This document shows, in pieces, positions 23,501-35,915 of a DNA stretch of 64,000 nucleotides (position 1 is its first letter; each line of letters starts with the position of its first letter). A program made the position numbers and the translations under genes. The notes under the pieces are model-generated. The model worked only from the letters and a program-made list of their open reading frames with translations, searched no databases and was not told the origin of the DNA. The DNA is from Lepidodermella squamata (taxonomy: Eukaryota; Animalia; Gastrotricha): assembly GCA_047495785.1 (NCBI GenBank), contig JBLDXI010000033.1, positions 124,001-188,000 of the forward strand, read 5' to 3'.

Positions 23501-24914
23501 ACCCGTTGATGCAGTTGTTCGCCGCGAACCCGACTCTGATGGCGCCGTTCTTGCAGCAAGTCCCGCCGCCACCCCCGGCCGCTGATATCAAGCAGCAACA
23601 GCAGTTTTTGCAGGCGGTTGGCATGTCGCCGTTCCTTCACTACCCGCAGCAACAGCAGACGCCTGGATCCTCGCACCCGTCGATTAGCGATGACGTGTTG
23701 GCGAGCGCGGCAGCGGCGGCTGGTCAGCACTCCGGCCAGCCGGGTTCGATGGTGGTCGGGCATCAGGGCCCGCAGGACGCGTCGAACATTGTCGGCCAGC
23801 ACCAGCAACAGAGCCATCAGCAACACCAGCAGCAATCCATCAGACCGCCACCAGGATTTCTTCTCCCTGTCAGGCAGTCGAATTCAGGTCAGTTGGACGC
23901 TAGTTTATTATTCAACAATTTCTGCAGGTGGTTTAATTTCGACTAAAAATGAAATTAGTCTGCAGCAATCGAAAAATATAAAATCTAATGTAACCGAAAA
24001 TTGACGCTAAAATTTATATTAGATTCGTGGGGATTTTCTTAATTTCAGTCGTTGAATTCTATGATAACATTCAAATAATTGAGACCGCGAAATTGATCAT
24101 TTTTTACCATTGCTTCCTAAGCTATCCAGACTATTTTGATGTTCTATTTTGGTCCGAAATTTCCTGCTGTTCCAGATTTCTGATAAATTTGTCATGCAAA
24201 TCATTGCGAGTATTTTTTGCCTGTGCCGTCATTCAATCGAAAAATAAATAGCATTTCAAGTCTCGTAGAGCGGCATGGTAATTCACTCAGCCTAGAATCG
24301 ATTTTTATTGATCATGACCCAGTTTTCAAATGATGCTATTTATTAGAACGGTGATGAGCAAAAAAGTACCATATCGAAAGTATCAACAAAATTGTTCATG
24401 ACTCAATGGGTCTGAGGCCATTAAAATAGTTTTTGTATTACGTCGCCTGCAAGAATTTTAATTCTCGTCTGAATATTAGCAAGTCTTTATTTACGAGTAA
24501 GGAGACCAGTAATGCGCAGGGTGTAAACAGCAGGCATTGTGACCTCATCTGCCTTTCTCGGGTTGAAAAAACGCGTAAATTGCGCGATTAATTTCAAATG
24601 TCATCGTGACGGTGATTAATTTGATTATAAAATTCAAAATTTTCCATTTGCTTTTCTGAAAATCCAACTTATATTTTGCAGGAATGAACATGGCTCCATC
24701 GAACAACAACGATGGTGGCATGAGCGGATTCCGCGCCTTCCAGCAGCAGCAAGACAAGGGCCCGTCGTCGGGCGCTGGTGGTCCTCCGGGTCTGTTCGGC
24801 CAGAACCCGAACCAGGCGTTTCTAGCGGGCGGTGGCCAAGGCCGGCAAGCCCCGCAACAGCCCGGCGTCATGAAGCAGTCGCACATGAATCAGTACTGGA
24901 CGCAGAATTCGTGA
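20534..24914 (+). CDS. UBAP2L: UBAP2/UBAP2L (lingerer) ortholog: UBA domain, RGG region, Q-rich low-complexity C-terminus
   Basis: PTTEEMRLAQLL followed by a UBA-like segment (VIIALHDCNYDPIRAIEILM), EEWQE..KKKKK, RGG repeats, EWDGSLTQTQVF, and a C-terminal QYW. About six exons. Confidence 0.88.
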
Positions 24915-26035
24915 AAATACCGCAATAGCAGCTGCATGATGGTGGATGGAAACCGAGGATCATGACCTTGCATTTTAACCACACACGTTACACTACAGAA
25001 ATCTTGTCTCTATCTATATCTCTTTATCCAACAGCAACAGCAGGAAGTAATAGAAGCACACGTGTCACGCTCTTTACACTTAATAAAATTTACGTTTAAT
25101 ATCGATAATGGCGTGTAAATTTGAATAAAACTGTAACCAAGCTTATCGAGTTCGAAAGCGAACACACTTTCGTAAAGGATATCATTGTATTGTGTGCGGT
25201 GATAATCGTATTCGTAGCATGTCGCGAGCTTCGAGCGCCACTTTGAGTGGTTTGCAAAAATCATCAGATTTCGCCCGAAAACTGATATTTGAGCATCAAT
25301 TTTTCAGTTGTAAATACACTAATTATTAATCATCGGCAATTATTACTACTATTGATGAGAATAAAATCTATCTATATTGGAATAAATATATATTTGGGTT
25401 TATAAATGATGTGAACTGCAACTGAAGTCTCGAAAAGATGTGTTATGAAAATCTTCGGCGTGTTTCATTCATTCTTATGTAAAAATATTAACCGCAAGTT
25501 ATATTATTATTGTTAATATTATTACTACTTCGGATTTAGTAGAGTTTAGCAGTGATTGAGTAAAATCAACGTGAAAAACGAAAACGCTTTTTTCTATTGT
25601 TCATTCAACATCCAATCTTGTCGTCTCGTGTTGTCTTGTCTTTGGTCGTACTGAATAATACACATTTTTTCTGTGTTCTTTTGGTCATCTACGTCGTCGC
25701 AGACGTGTCTTCATTTGCAAAGCATAAATATATCGTTAAATAAAAAGATCAGCAGTGCGTCGTCTTTAGTTGTCCATGCGTGCGTGTGTTTGAATTTGAT
25801 ATTCAGCGACTGAATTAAAGCGACAATAAAACGACGCGGATCGGATATCAGAAAATCGTGTTTTTTATTCAAGGCGTTCATAATACATTAATACTATCAA
25901 TTCTCAAAGCTTGATATAATATTAAATCTGGAAAGACGGATAATTTTTTCGCAGCAATTTTCGAAGCATTAAATCACATTAATTAGAAACATGACATGTA
26001 ATGTTAAAACAGTTAAAATTTAAGGGTGGTTTTCA

Positions 26036-27450
26036 CTACTGCTCGTTGACCAGAAGGTGGGAATCAGCTGCTTCCTTCCGCTTTCGAATCATGCGCGCTA
26101 CCACAACGATAACGGCAACGACAATCAAAACCGCCGGAACACCAACACCAACAGATATAGCAGCAATAACTTCGGCACTCATCGAGTCGAGGACAGGCTG
26201 TCCAACGCTGTATACAGCCGTGAATGACGAATAATTGAAGTTTGTGTAGAAACCGTCCTGGTAACTTCCAATAGTCAAGTTCGCAGATTGCACATTCCGA
26301 TAGCGAGTATCGTCACCGTAATAAGCACGAGACAAACCAGCTTGTTTGGAGGCGACTAGACCAGCGTAATCGAAAAATCTCACTTTGCTCAACAGAGCCG
26401 GTTCAATGCTTTAAAGAAATCTCATTTAACAACTAAACATTAAACCTTAGATAAAAATACCTCTCAAGCGTCCGCTCAACATTCATATAACTGACTGGCT
26501 TGTAGTGCATAAAAGAGCTTGGTAGAGGGAAGTTCGGATCAGCATTCATCAACCATGTCACGACTTGGAACACGCCAGGCGAGTATTCATCGTCAATCGT
26601 GGCCACAGATGAGAAATCACTCGCGTCGGGCAAAGCATCGCTAACGATAACAAATTCCAGCGCAAATCGAGATTTGTTGAAATGCGTTGTGAAATTGACC
26701 ATCTGAACGTCGAACATTCCGGCTGCGGCATCGTGGGAAATACTAGGATTAACCGACGTTCGACCGGCTTCTTTCATGATATTGAAATCAATCGAGAAAA
26801 AGGCATTAGTAGCATTTTTCATCAGCAGGTCTTGATCGTCGAGGTGCTGTGTGACATTCAGGGTCATACCGGCGCGAGTGAAATCTTTAGCAGAGATAGG
26901 AAGCCATTTAGTGTCAGCCAAATAAGTGTTCTTCACAGATTCGGGTTTGTATGAAAACGAGCGCACGTCACGAGTGTCTTTTTCGTCATCATATTCAACA
27001 AGCTGAGAAATTATTGCAAAATAACAGACTGAGAGATTACTGACAAGTTGCTTACTCTATAAAAGACGTATGTTGACGTGAAAACGGGATCGATATTAAA
27101 CTTAATGCAGTTCTGATCCATTTTCTGGACGCATTCGAAATCGACCTTGGCTTCCACTGGTGTTGACGAATTAAAAGCGGCAGTCAGAAGCGTGGGCGCT
27201 CCTACAGACGAAATCATGTAAACGATTTGATCGTGACCATCTGTCGATGTGACTTGAAGCAACTGCAGATTGTCAGTGCAGTTTCCACAGCCGGGATTCG
27301 GAACTACGTTGATCTGAAAAATGAAGATAATTGAAACCGTGTTGAATGAAAATACATAGCTGAATCTGAATCTTAACTCACAGTTCGAGCATCTGCGCAG
27401 TATGCAACTACGCAAAGAATAGCTGCGAAGGTTATACTTGATCCGGCCAT
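26036..27450 (-). CDS. GLMP: Glycosylated lysosomal membrane protein (NCU-G1 family)
   Basis: Signal peptide exon, VVPNPGC, SSVGAPTLL, SRFALEF, TIDDEYSPGVFQV, HYKPVSY, QDGFY and a C-terminal TM segment. Four exons. Confidence 0.9.
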
Positions 27451-28026
27451 CTTCTCTCTAAAAGCAAGTCAGTTTGACTATTTCTACAGTGGAATAAACG
27501 CACAAAGTAAATTTAGTTAAAATATCGCTTATCCCGTATAGGCTTAAGCCTATGCCGTATAAGCTTAGATCCTCTAAAGGCGTACAACATACATCATACA
27601 TCTCGAGTTCAGACAAATAAGTAAGCGCAAAGCCACTAGCCTGAGCAAAAACGCAAACTGAACCATCTGTGGGACCAGAGAGAAACTGAGGACAAATGCA
27701 GCCGCAAGAAAAATCCGAACACGTAAAAAGGGGGCCAAAACCTCAGCGGCCTGCTCGTTTCCCGAAAAGATAAGCCTGCTGAAGAAATAGCGCGCCAAAT
27801 CTTAGGCGTAATTTCACATAAATAAACTGGTCACTGCAAAGTAAAAATAAATGCGTTTTAAAACGGTTTACTGCAATTTACTTTTTTAAAGTCGCTTAGA
27901 TACGGCTATTTGCATTGTTGCTTGGTGCAATGTTTCGAAATTCAGCGGTAGTACTATTCTAGCCGCAATCATTCAACTATTACAAGGACTGTTCCTAAGG
28001 ATTTAAATTTGAGGATCATATCAAAT

Positions 28027-29105
28027 ATGGCACACGTGAGACCATATAGGCCAAGTGTCAGGGTCGGCAACTGGTTTGAAGACATTTCACTCGAAGAGGT
28101 TTGTTCTTATACTATCATGTGCTTTTAGCAACTCATTCAATGTTTTAGGACAAACTGCGGATTTATTTAGAGAAAAAGCAGCGTGGAGAATTGGTTGTGC
28201 AGCGCGTGGGAGATTTTGTCTCTCAGGCAACCCAACCTGTACAGTTGACAGCGTCAGCTGACGGCTTTATTCGATTTGGGGAAACGTTATGCTTGCTCAA
28301 TCCCGGAGCCCCAGATCCATGTGCCAAAGGAGGAAGGAAGAGTAGCCTGTTGTCGGCAAATTTTTCTTTCGACCCATCTGTGGTCGCGCCCAAAGACTCC
28401 CCAGTTGCGGGCAGCGAAGACGTAGAAATAACGGGATCGTGCGTTGTTGATCCTTCGTCGCGAAACTCGTTCACCGTCGAAAGGTGATGACTCAAACTCG
28501 TTCTCCCAAATGGTTCCATTAATTTGTGGAAATTTTAGGGCTGACAATCGCCTCGGACCTAGCGAAGTGTTAAGATATGGTGAAAAGTTTTATCTTCGAC
28601 TCGCAGGAACTGATGTACGTTTCTCGCTGCTCGTTTACTATATATGTGTTCAAGTCATATTTTCAGTATTACCTATGCTCTGACGTGATAACTTTCCAAA
28701 AATGCGCCCGGAAATCTCGGCATCAACTGGTTTATCTTAGCAAAGGAGCTTCTCAACTGGCAGAATGGAAGGTGCAGCACTCCAATCCTCAGCTGCGTAT
28801 GGAAATGGAGTTCCAACCTGTTCATGCGAATGCTTTGACTATCATCACTCATTGGAAAACTAACAGCAATTTATCTGTCGAGGAAGCTTATTCGATTCGG
28901 TGAGACTAACTTGATTTACCAATAGACCAATGCAACTCAGCCTCATTTTCCCTAAATATTTAGCACCCTACTGGGCTACGAATACGAAATTGCCTGCAAC
29001 AACTATTACGACACTCACAAAGCTGAGAAAGATTGCAGCCTCTGGGTCTTTTTCATGCCTCCTTTTCAAAATCTAGAGAACATGCGCCGTGGAGGAACGC
29101 ACTAA
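28027..29105 (+). CDS. CFAP161: Cilia- and flagella-associated protein 161
   Basis: MAHVRPYRPSVRVGNWFEDISLEE, DGFIRFGE, LRYGEKFYL, PQLRMEMEFQPVHAN and EYEIACNNYYDTHKAE. Five exons with short GT-AG introns. Confidence 0.9.
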
Positions 29106-29588
29106 AAGAAATGAAGACGTATAAGACCATGCAAATCTTAATTATAGATTTTCGTCTACTTGAGTTCGTAATACATGCCTAATTTTCAAAAATAAAAAGT
29201 CGTCGATTGTTTTGAAAAGAAGCTGTGTTTGTCACCTGAAAGGCACTAAAGAGCGTTTTAGCAACACCCATTTTATTAAAATTCGTTCATTCATTTGATG
29301 ACACTTGCAACTGCAGCAACAAACTTTTTTACAATTAGCACAAAGACTTACTTCAACGTTTAAAACAGTAAGAGTAAGGAAACAACAATAGTGTTAGCAA
29401 AATATTCGGTAACTGAAATCGTTAGACTTTACACGCGGCACAACGTCGAAGAGACTATCAAGATGACCGCTTTCATGGTCAATGCCATTTTTCATACTAT
29501 AGTATGACTTGAGTCGGAAGAAGGGATGATTGCTAAAGCTGTTCAACAGAAACTTTGGAGGTTATATAATATTGAAAGTATTTCATAG

Positions 29589-32500
29589 TTAATGGAAAGT
29601 TTCTTCAGCTGAGGATGACTTGAGAGTTGGGGTTGTTGTGGGGTGTTCGGTGGCATTGATTTGCGCACGTTGTGACGCACCGTAAGCCGCAGCTGAAGCG
29701 CAAGTATTGCAGCAAGAGTCTTTGTAGTAAGCATACTCGCATAGTTTAGGATTCTTGGCCAAAATATAGCAGTTGTTGAATCGATCTTCGCAAACCGTGG
29801 CTGATTCTTTAGCTGGGCATTTCGGTTCCTCGCAAACTCTCCGTTCGTCAGGTCGTTCATCACCCGGACAATTATCGCTTGCCTCGCCACTTTTAGCATC
29901 AAGACAACGAACTTCTCGTGTTTGATAGCCAGCTCCGCATGTGACGGAGCACTTGGACCAGCGGGTAGTATACCATTCAGCCTCACATTTAGTTTCAGGG
30001 CATTTATCGACGCCTCGAGGCTTTTCGCCCTCGACGCAATATTGATCGGTAACCGCGACCCAGGTATTTTGGTACTGCTTCATGCAGACGACCTCGCGAT
30101 GCCGCATGCCACTACACGATGAAGTGCATTTACTCCATGGGCCAGAAAACCACTTTCCACCGCAAGTTTGAGTGCCCTCTGTTCCACAAGGAGCAAACTC
30201 TTTCGGGCGCTCAGTGTTGTCACATTCGCCTGGTGACATGTCGTTAGCAGAAAGGCACTGAACCTTTCGAGTGTACACACCTTGTCCGCAGTCCGAGGAA
30301 CACTGCAATAGTAAAATGATGTAAGGGAGAGTTAATAAAGTAAAAAGAACGTACATAGTCTGACCACTTAGTGAAGAACCAGCAACTGGCGGAATCACCT
30401 TGGCACGAGTCTTTATCTCGAGGTCGGGGTCCATCACATTCTGAATCGGGAAGTAGGCGATTGGCTTGATCGACGCAGCGAACATCGCGTGACTTGAATC
30501 CGCGACCGCACCTGGAGCTGCATTCTCCCCAAGGACCCAAGTTCCACACTCCGCAGCCTCTTCTTCTGCAATTCTGAACACTGGGCGCCTTTTTGGCCGC
30601 ATCGCATAGGCTAGCCGAAACGTAGACAAACTCTTTGGGAGTTGGCCCTATCCTATGAACGCATTCAACAACACGGGTCTGTCTCCCTTGTCCACACGTG
30701 GCGCTGCAATCACTCCAGTTGGTTTTCACGAACCACTCCGGTTTATCACAAGGTTGTGTTTTACAAGGCGCCACATCTCTCTGGGGCTTCTTCTTCGGAT
30801 CGCAATTCTCGTCAGTAACTTGAGCTTTTGTTCTGCGTTGGATGCAGAGAATAATCGATTCCTGAACACCCCCGGCGCATGTTCTGGAGCATTCCGTGAA
30901 GCCACTTTTACGCCATACGTATTCATCGAGGTCTTCCAAATGTTCCTCCCTTGCTCGAGGGGCGATGACTGGGGGCTGATACTGCTGAGGTGGAGGCTGC
31001 TGGGCAGGTGCATAGGGTGCTTGCTGCTGCTGTTGATATGGCTGTTGTTGATACGGCTGTTGCTGGTAAGCACTACTGCGAGGTGGCCCGTAGGGTTGGG
31101 GCGCCAGTTGAGAATTTTGAGGCACCGGATAACCCTGGTAAGGAGCATATTGAACTGGACGACTTTCTTGAGCTTGTTGTTGCTGAGGTAGGTAAGGCCC
31201 TACTGCCCCAGGCTGTTGCTGCTGAGGCTGATAGGCCCCATAGGGTGGTGGTTGAGGTTGGATTTGTTGTTGAGGGTAGGCACCATACGGTGGCGGGTGC
31301 TGCTGGCTCCGATGTTGACCGTGCTGCCTGGCCACATGCTGTTGACTTCCCGGTCTAGGTTGAGCTCCTTGGTTTGGCACGCCCGATGCTCCAACTGGGT
31401 AATAATATTCCACAGCCCGCCCCTGCTGGTAGCCAAAGCCATTTTCAGACGAAGCGACGTCGAGTTGGTACTGGCTGCTCTGGTATCCTTCCGGCGCGTA
31501 TTGAACTGCGGCTGGCTGAGGCGCTTGCTGCTGCTGTTGATCCAGGCGAGCCTGATTTACGCCGACTAGACTCTGGCTTTGCGAGGGGACAACTTGAAGA
31601 CTTGGCGCTGGGCGGTCGTCGGTCGGCCTGAGATATTGGTAGATGATACCAGGGTTTTCCTCGGTTGAGTAAATAAGCAGCCGAAGAGGTTCAGTGAGCC
31701 GGCCATTTAAAATCAAAGCCTGAGACCTGCCTCCTCCTGGTTTGTAGTAAGTCATGCTAGTACCGAGGCCTTGATAATCTTGTGTGCGTTCGACCTGCCT
31801 ACTGCCATCCAAAATCGTCTGCCCGACGGAGTCTTGAACGACATAGTAATTGACTGTCGGCTTCAAGTCGGTTACGTTCAAGTTAGAGGTGCTGGCCGGG
31901 ATCGTGACGACGTGTAACAAATCGTTGACCACCTCTGTTCGCATAAAGATTCCGGAATAGGTTTGGCAGGTTTTACCGGAACCGCCGCATATCCCGCAGG
32001 CATCTCGAGTTGCACCACTGTCAATCACGCCATCACAGCCAACAGTTCGGCATTCTCCTCGAATGCAAACCGCTCCATTCGAATGAGCAGGGTTAGAGGC
32101 AGCACCGCATCTCACACCGTCAGGCACCCTGTGCGCCAGTCTTGCGTGAAAGTCGTAACCGTGCGCCTTGCAGACGAGCTCACAACGGTCCTCAGTACCT
32201 TCTTTCGGCACCCATTTATAGCGACGGTTGTTGAAAGGGCGCGAGTCGTATTTGGAACACTCTTCTAGGCGAAGGTCGACATCTCCATTCGGACACGTCT
32301 GGGTGTTACATATACGAAACTGTTTGTAGGGCCCGGAACAGTAAGAGGTGTGGCTACTAGTGGATGAGTGTGTAGGTGCTGATCGGCCGCGATGGCTGCC
32401 GGCCGCATGTGATGAGTTGGTGCATCGGCGTGTGCGTAATTGCAAGCCTCCGCCGCATGGCCGGCTGCATGTCGACCACACGGAAAAGTCTGTCCATCGA

Positions 32501-33101
32501 CCGGGTACTCGTTCGAGAATCTAAAGAAAAAGGATGCAGGATACTTTAAAACGAAACTGCCCACAGCTGATTTCTACATGGATTTCTAAGGTTAATCGAC
32601 ATTGTGCCAAGTTTCAATAGTATGGTGGTGGTTATCCTGTCTCCTTCATGCAGTGAAGGCCGCGAATTTGACCTTACCTTAAGTAATGATTTTGGCTAGA
32701 TTTAAAACTTGTGTCGCTACAAAAATCCCGACAAATCAAAAAGAGAAACTCCAGGATACAAACTGATTTATCTGAGATCAGTAAAAAGCAAGGTTCTGGC
32801 GAGGTTCGAACTCGCGACCTTCTCCGTGTGAAGGAGACGTGATAACCACTACACTACAGAACCTTCGATAAAGATTCGTTGTAAAACTAAGGAAACAGTA
32901 TCTTCAAGTTTAATCGAAAATAAAATAATTTACCTCTCCACTATCACCGTAATTGTGTGCGGCTTTAGCCGAAAATGTGAAAAATGACAGGACAACGAGA
33001 AGAAGCAGGCAGGGCGATGACGAGGATATAAGTTGTCGAAGTCGGAAACCGAGCATCCTTGAAGCCAAAACTCGGTGACAAGAAACAGGGCGGCTTGTCA
33101 T
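29589..33101 (-). CDS. ADAMTS-like protein (ADAMTSL4/THSD4 type): TSP1, Cys-rich, spacer, multiple TSP1, PLAC
   Basis: Signal exon 33101-32933, WSTCSRPCGGG TSP1, CIRGECRTVGCDG...DACGICGGSG, spacer domain, about six further TSP1 repeats and a PLAC domain (CEDRFNNC...YYKDSCCNTC). No metalloprotease domain. Confidence 0.9.
32610..32682 (+). pseudogene. Decayed tRNA-Val copy, inverted relative to the intact tRNA
   Basis: GTGGTTATCCTGTCTCCTTCATGCAGTGAAGGCCGCGAATTTGACCTTACC aligns with GTGGTTATCACGTCTCCTTCACACGGAGAAGGTCGCGAGTTCGAACCTCGCC of the intact gene. The stems and B box are broken. Confidence 0.75.
32791..32863 (-). tRNA. tRNA-Val(CAC), located in intron 1 of the ADAMTSL gene
   Basis: Minus strand reads GGTTCTGTAGTGTAGTGGTTATCACGTCTCCTTCACACGGAGAAGGTCGCGAGTTCGAACCTCGCCAGAACCT. 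It has a 7-bp acceptor stem, anticodon arm TCTCC-TTCACAC-GGAGA, T arm GCGAG-TTCGAAC-CTCGC, and a T5 Pol III terminator just downstream. Confidence 0.97.
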
Positions 33102-35915
33102 CGCTTCAAGTCATGTCGTGGTAATTGGGTTGTAATGTTAAATTCCTATTTAGCACGTAATACAAACGTAAGGAATGTGCGTTCAAGCGAGCTAATTAAT
33201 CGATTAGCGATAACTGCAGGTGTTCGAAAAATTCCGGCGTGGGAAGACGCCAAGATGCGGTCGGCCGAGTCACGTGTCACCCTGGTCAAGAACTTGACCT
33301 CGAGAAATACGCTCACAAATATGACGTTATCGCGAAAAAGCGCGCGCGTTGTTGAATTAGCCGCGCAATTATCAAAGTGACGCGCTCGATGAGGCAACAA
33401 ACAAGAGAGCAGGAAACCCGCCGATAAAATACGGCAGTGGGTTTCTAGGTGCCTAAGCATATAAAACGTCGGTCTGTTTCCGTTTAGACATCATACATAC
33501 GCAAAAAGGCGCGCGACGAGGCGTTTGTTTGCGCGTTTTAAAAAGGGGCAATAAAACATGCATCATGTTGTTGATGTATACCATGTATATTTACACCGGA
33601 TGTTATATCACAAAAATAATGCAATTATTACACGGTAATCGGCTACAAAAGTTACTGGAGAATTAGCAAAACGGAAGCCGCGTGCTACTTGATCTCGCGG
33701 TTGAACACCAGAAGCTGTTCATTTTGCGAAAACAAAAAATACTAGAAATAGCACAGATGGAATAACACGCGCACGGCTGCAGGAAAAATACGTCGAGGAG
33801 GCAACGAGTAGGGCTGTTAATAACCGCTCGCAGGACAAAGACGGGCGCGCTCGTCGGACGTCTGGGCGGGCCGAAGACGCAAACAAAACAAAAGTAGCAG
33901 CGCACCAGTCGCTATTTTGCGCGCGGTAAATAAACCGCCTTTGTCCAGGTATGCGCGTAATTTTTCGCCAAATGAATAACGTATTATGCGGTATTAATGT
34001 TAATGCAAAATGGAGTTTTTTTGCGACTGAAAGAATATGTCTGGTCAGCAAGCTGACATACCGGAAAAATGAGGCAGGGAGCATAAATAAACAGCTCAGT
34101 TATGGCCTCATCGAAAGATACTCACCCTGAACAAAGGTCATTAAGTAATGTCTTTTATTAGAACAAAGGGGTGGTCACAAATACAACTAATAAATTATAA
34201 AGAAAGCGCTCCCCTAGCCAGAGCAATTTCGAAGATTCGCCCAGATCCCAGAAAACATAATTTTTTCACATCATTCAGAAACCATCAGAGGGGCATTAAG
34301 AATGATTCCTCCTGAACTCCTATACAACAAAGAATCAGACCAAGGCAAAATGTTTCCCTTGTAACGATTGTGGGTGATAAGTGGTTGCAATTTCGAAAAA
34401 ACCGCCATTCTGTCCCACTTTTGGGAAAGCATCAATTCGCCACAAAATTTAAGCGAGGGCAGGTCGATGACACGTGCAGAACTTATGGATTGGGCTTGTT
34501 TTGACTTGTCTGACAGATAGTAGATTCGCTTAACCTACCCAATTTCACTAATCATGCGCCGCTTGGTCTACGCTGAAAATTCATCAAAGCAAAGTAAAAT
34601 AACAATAGCAAGAGCCTTGGCTTCGTTATCAGTAATTGGTAGCCTCAGAATTAAGGGAGTCGATCACTCCTTGAGGTACCGGTTGGTTAAATCAAACAAG
34701 CAAGCCTCGTCCAGATGCCCTCATCGTAGGTCGTCAAAAAGGCAGCAGGTAGCAAACAAGTTTCTTGTAGCGAGTAGGAATAAGCCGTTGCATATTGCGC
34801 ACAGCGCACTACTGGTCACATGGCCGCAAAAAACAGCAGTTAACGCGCCATTGATGTAGCCTGTGCATGCCATAGTGCGCATGTCTCAAGTCGACCGTAA
34901 TAAGCCGCTTTTCCTGCGCGGTAATGGCGCGTATTACACGCTTCTCGTAATAACCGGCGAAAATAAAGAGGCGAAACGATGGTGGTAAAATGGGAGAAAA
35001 TAACATTCATAGGTACGCGATGAGCTAGATCCTAAAAAACACCGTGGGCTATCAATTTAGGGCGGAGCTGAAAATTGTTAATTGCAACGCGCAAAATAAA
35101 TATCTGGACACCTTTTTTCGAGTAATAAAAAGCTACAAAGTGACCACCGCGCGAGATAATTCGAGAAAATAATATAGCCGCTAGCGGATAATTACTGCTG
35201 ATTATTACCTATTATTTTCTGTCTACCTGACCGCCGTCGCCCGTGAGCCAAAAAGCGAACGTGACGATAAGCCCGCTTTTGCGGCGTCCCTAATGATAAA
35301 AAATTTCAACGGCTAAAGGAGTAAACAATAAATAAATAATTCTATAATCTTCGGCAAAACTCGGCTTCATTATTGTGATAAAAGCCCAAAGGCCAGGGGC
35401 GGCTGTCTGAAAGAAAAAAGTGACCATGAATCATGGTCATTCGACCTTTGGTCACATTGCCCGGTAGCTAAACATTTTTGCGATAATGCTTTTTAACCCG
35501 TTTCTAACTGACCTTGGTTTTTGATAACGCACAACAACAACAATAACGGCTACTGAGTACCAAGTTGGAGGCGGATTTCATTCAAAAATGCGCATTTTTC
35601 CTTGCCTTAATAAAGAGCGATAACAGATGTCTTAACGAATGGCCAGTTTATTTTTTCACGCAAAAGTCTCGAACTAGGCCGCTTTTCGCACCTATCTAGA
35701 CATTTTGATGCGAAGTGAGAAGTGAATGCTCTCAATTTCCTGATACCAGCTCCCACTAATTGAGGACGCAGCCTGACGGATAAACACTTCCGGGAGCACT
35801 GGCACTAGAGGATACCCGAGATTGACCTTGAAGATGCAGAAGTGGTCGAAAGCCTATAAAAGCTCCTATTTCATGGGCAATAAATTAGAAAAATGAGTGT
35901 TAAATAATATCAATT

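Noticed and set aside
22837-23835. 332-aa antisense Leu/Arg-rich ORF and other overlapping ORFs in UBAP2L
   Set aside because: Shadow of CAG/CAA-rich poly-Gln coding sequence, which reads as CTG/TTG on the opposite strand.
22800-23840. CAG/CAA repeat tracts as a repeat array or CRISPR
   Set aside because: Coding low-complexity poly-Gln with no repeat-spacer structure, in a eukaryotic context.
27912-27932. RFX X-box upstream of CFAP161
   Set aside because: GTTGCTTGGTGCAAT matches only one half-site well.
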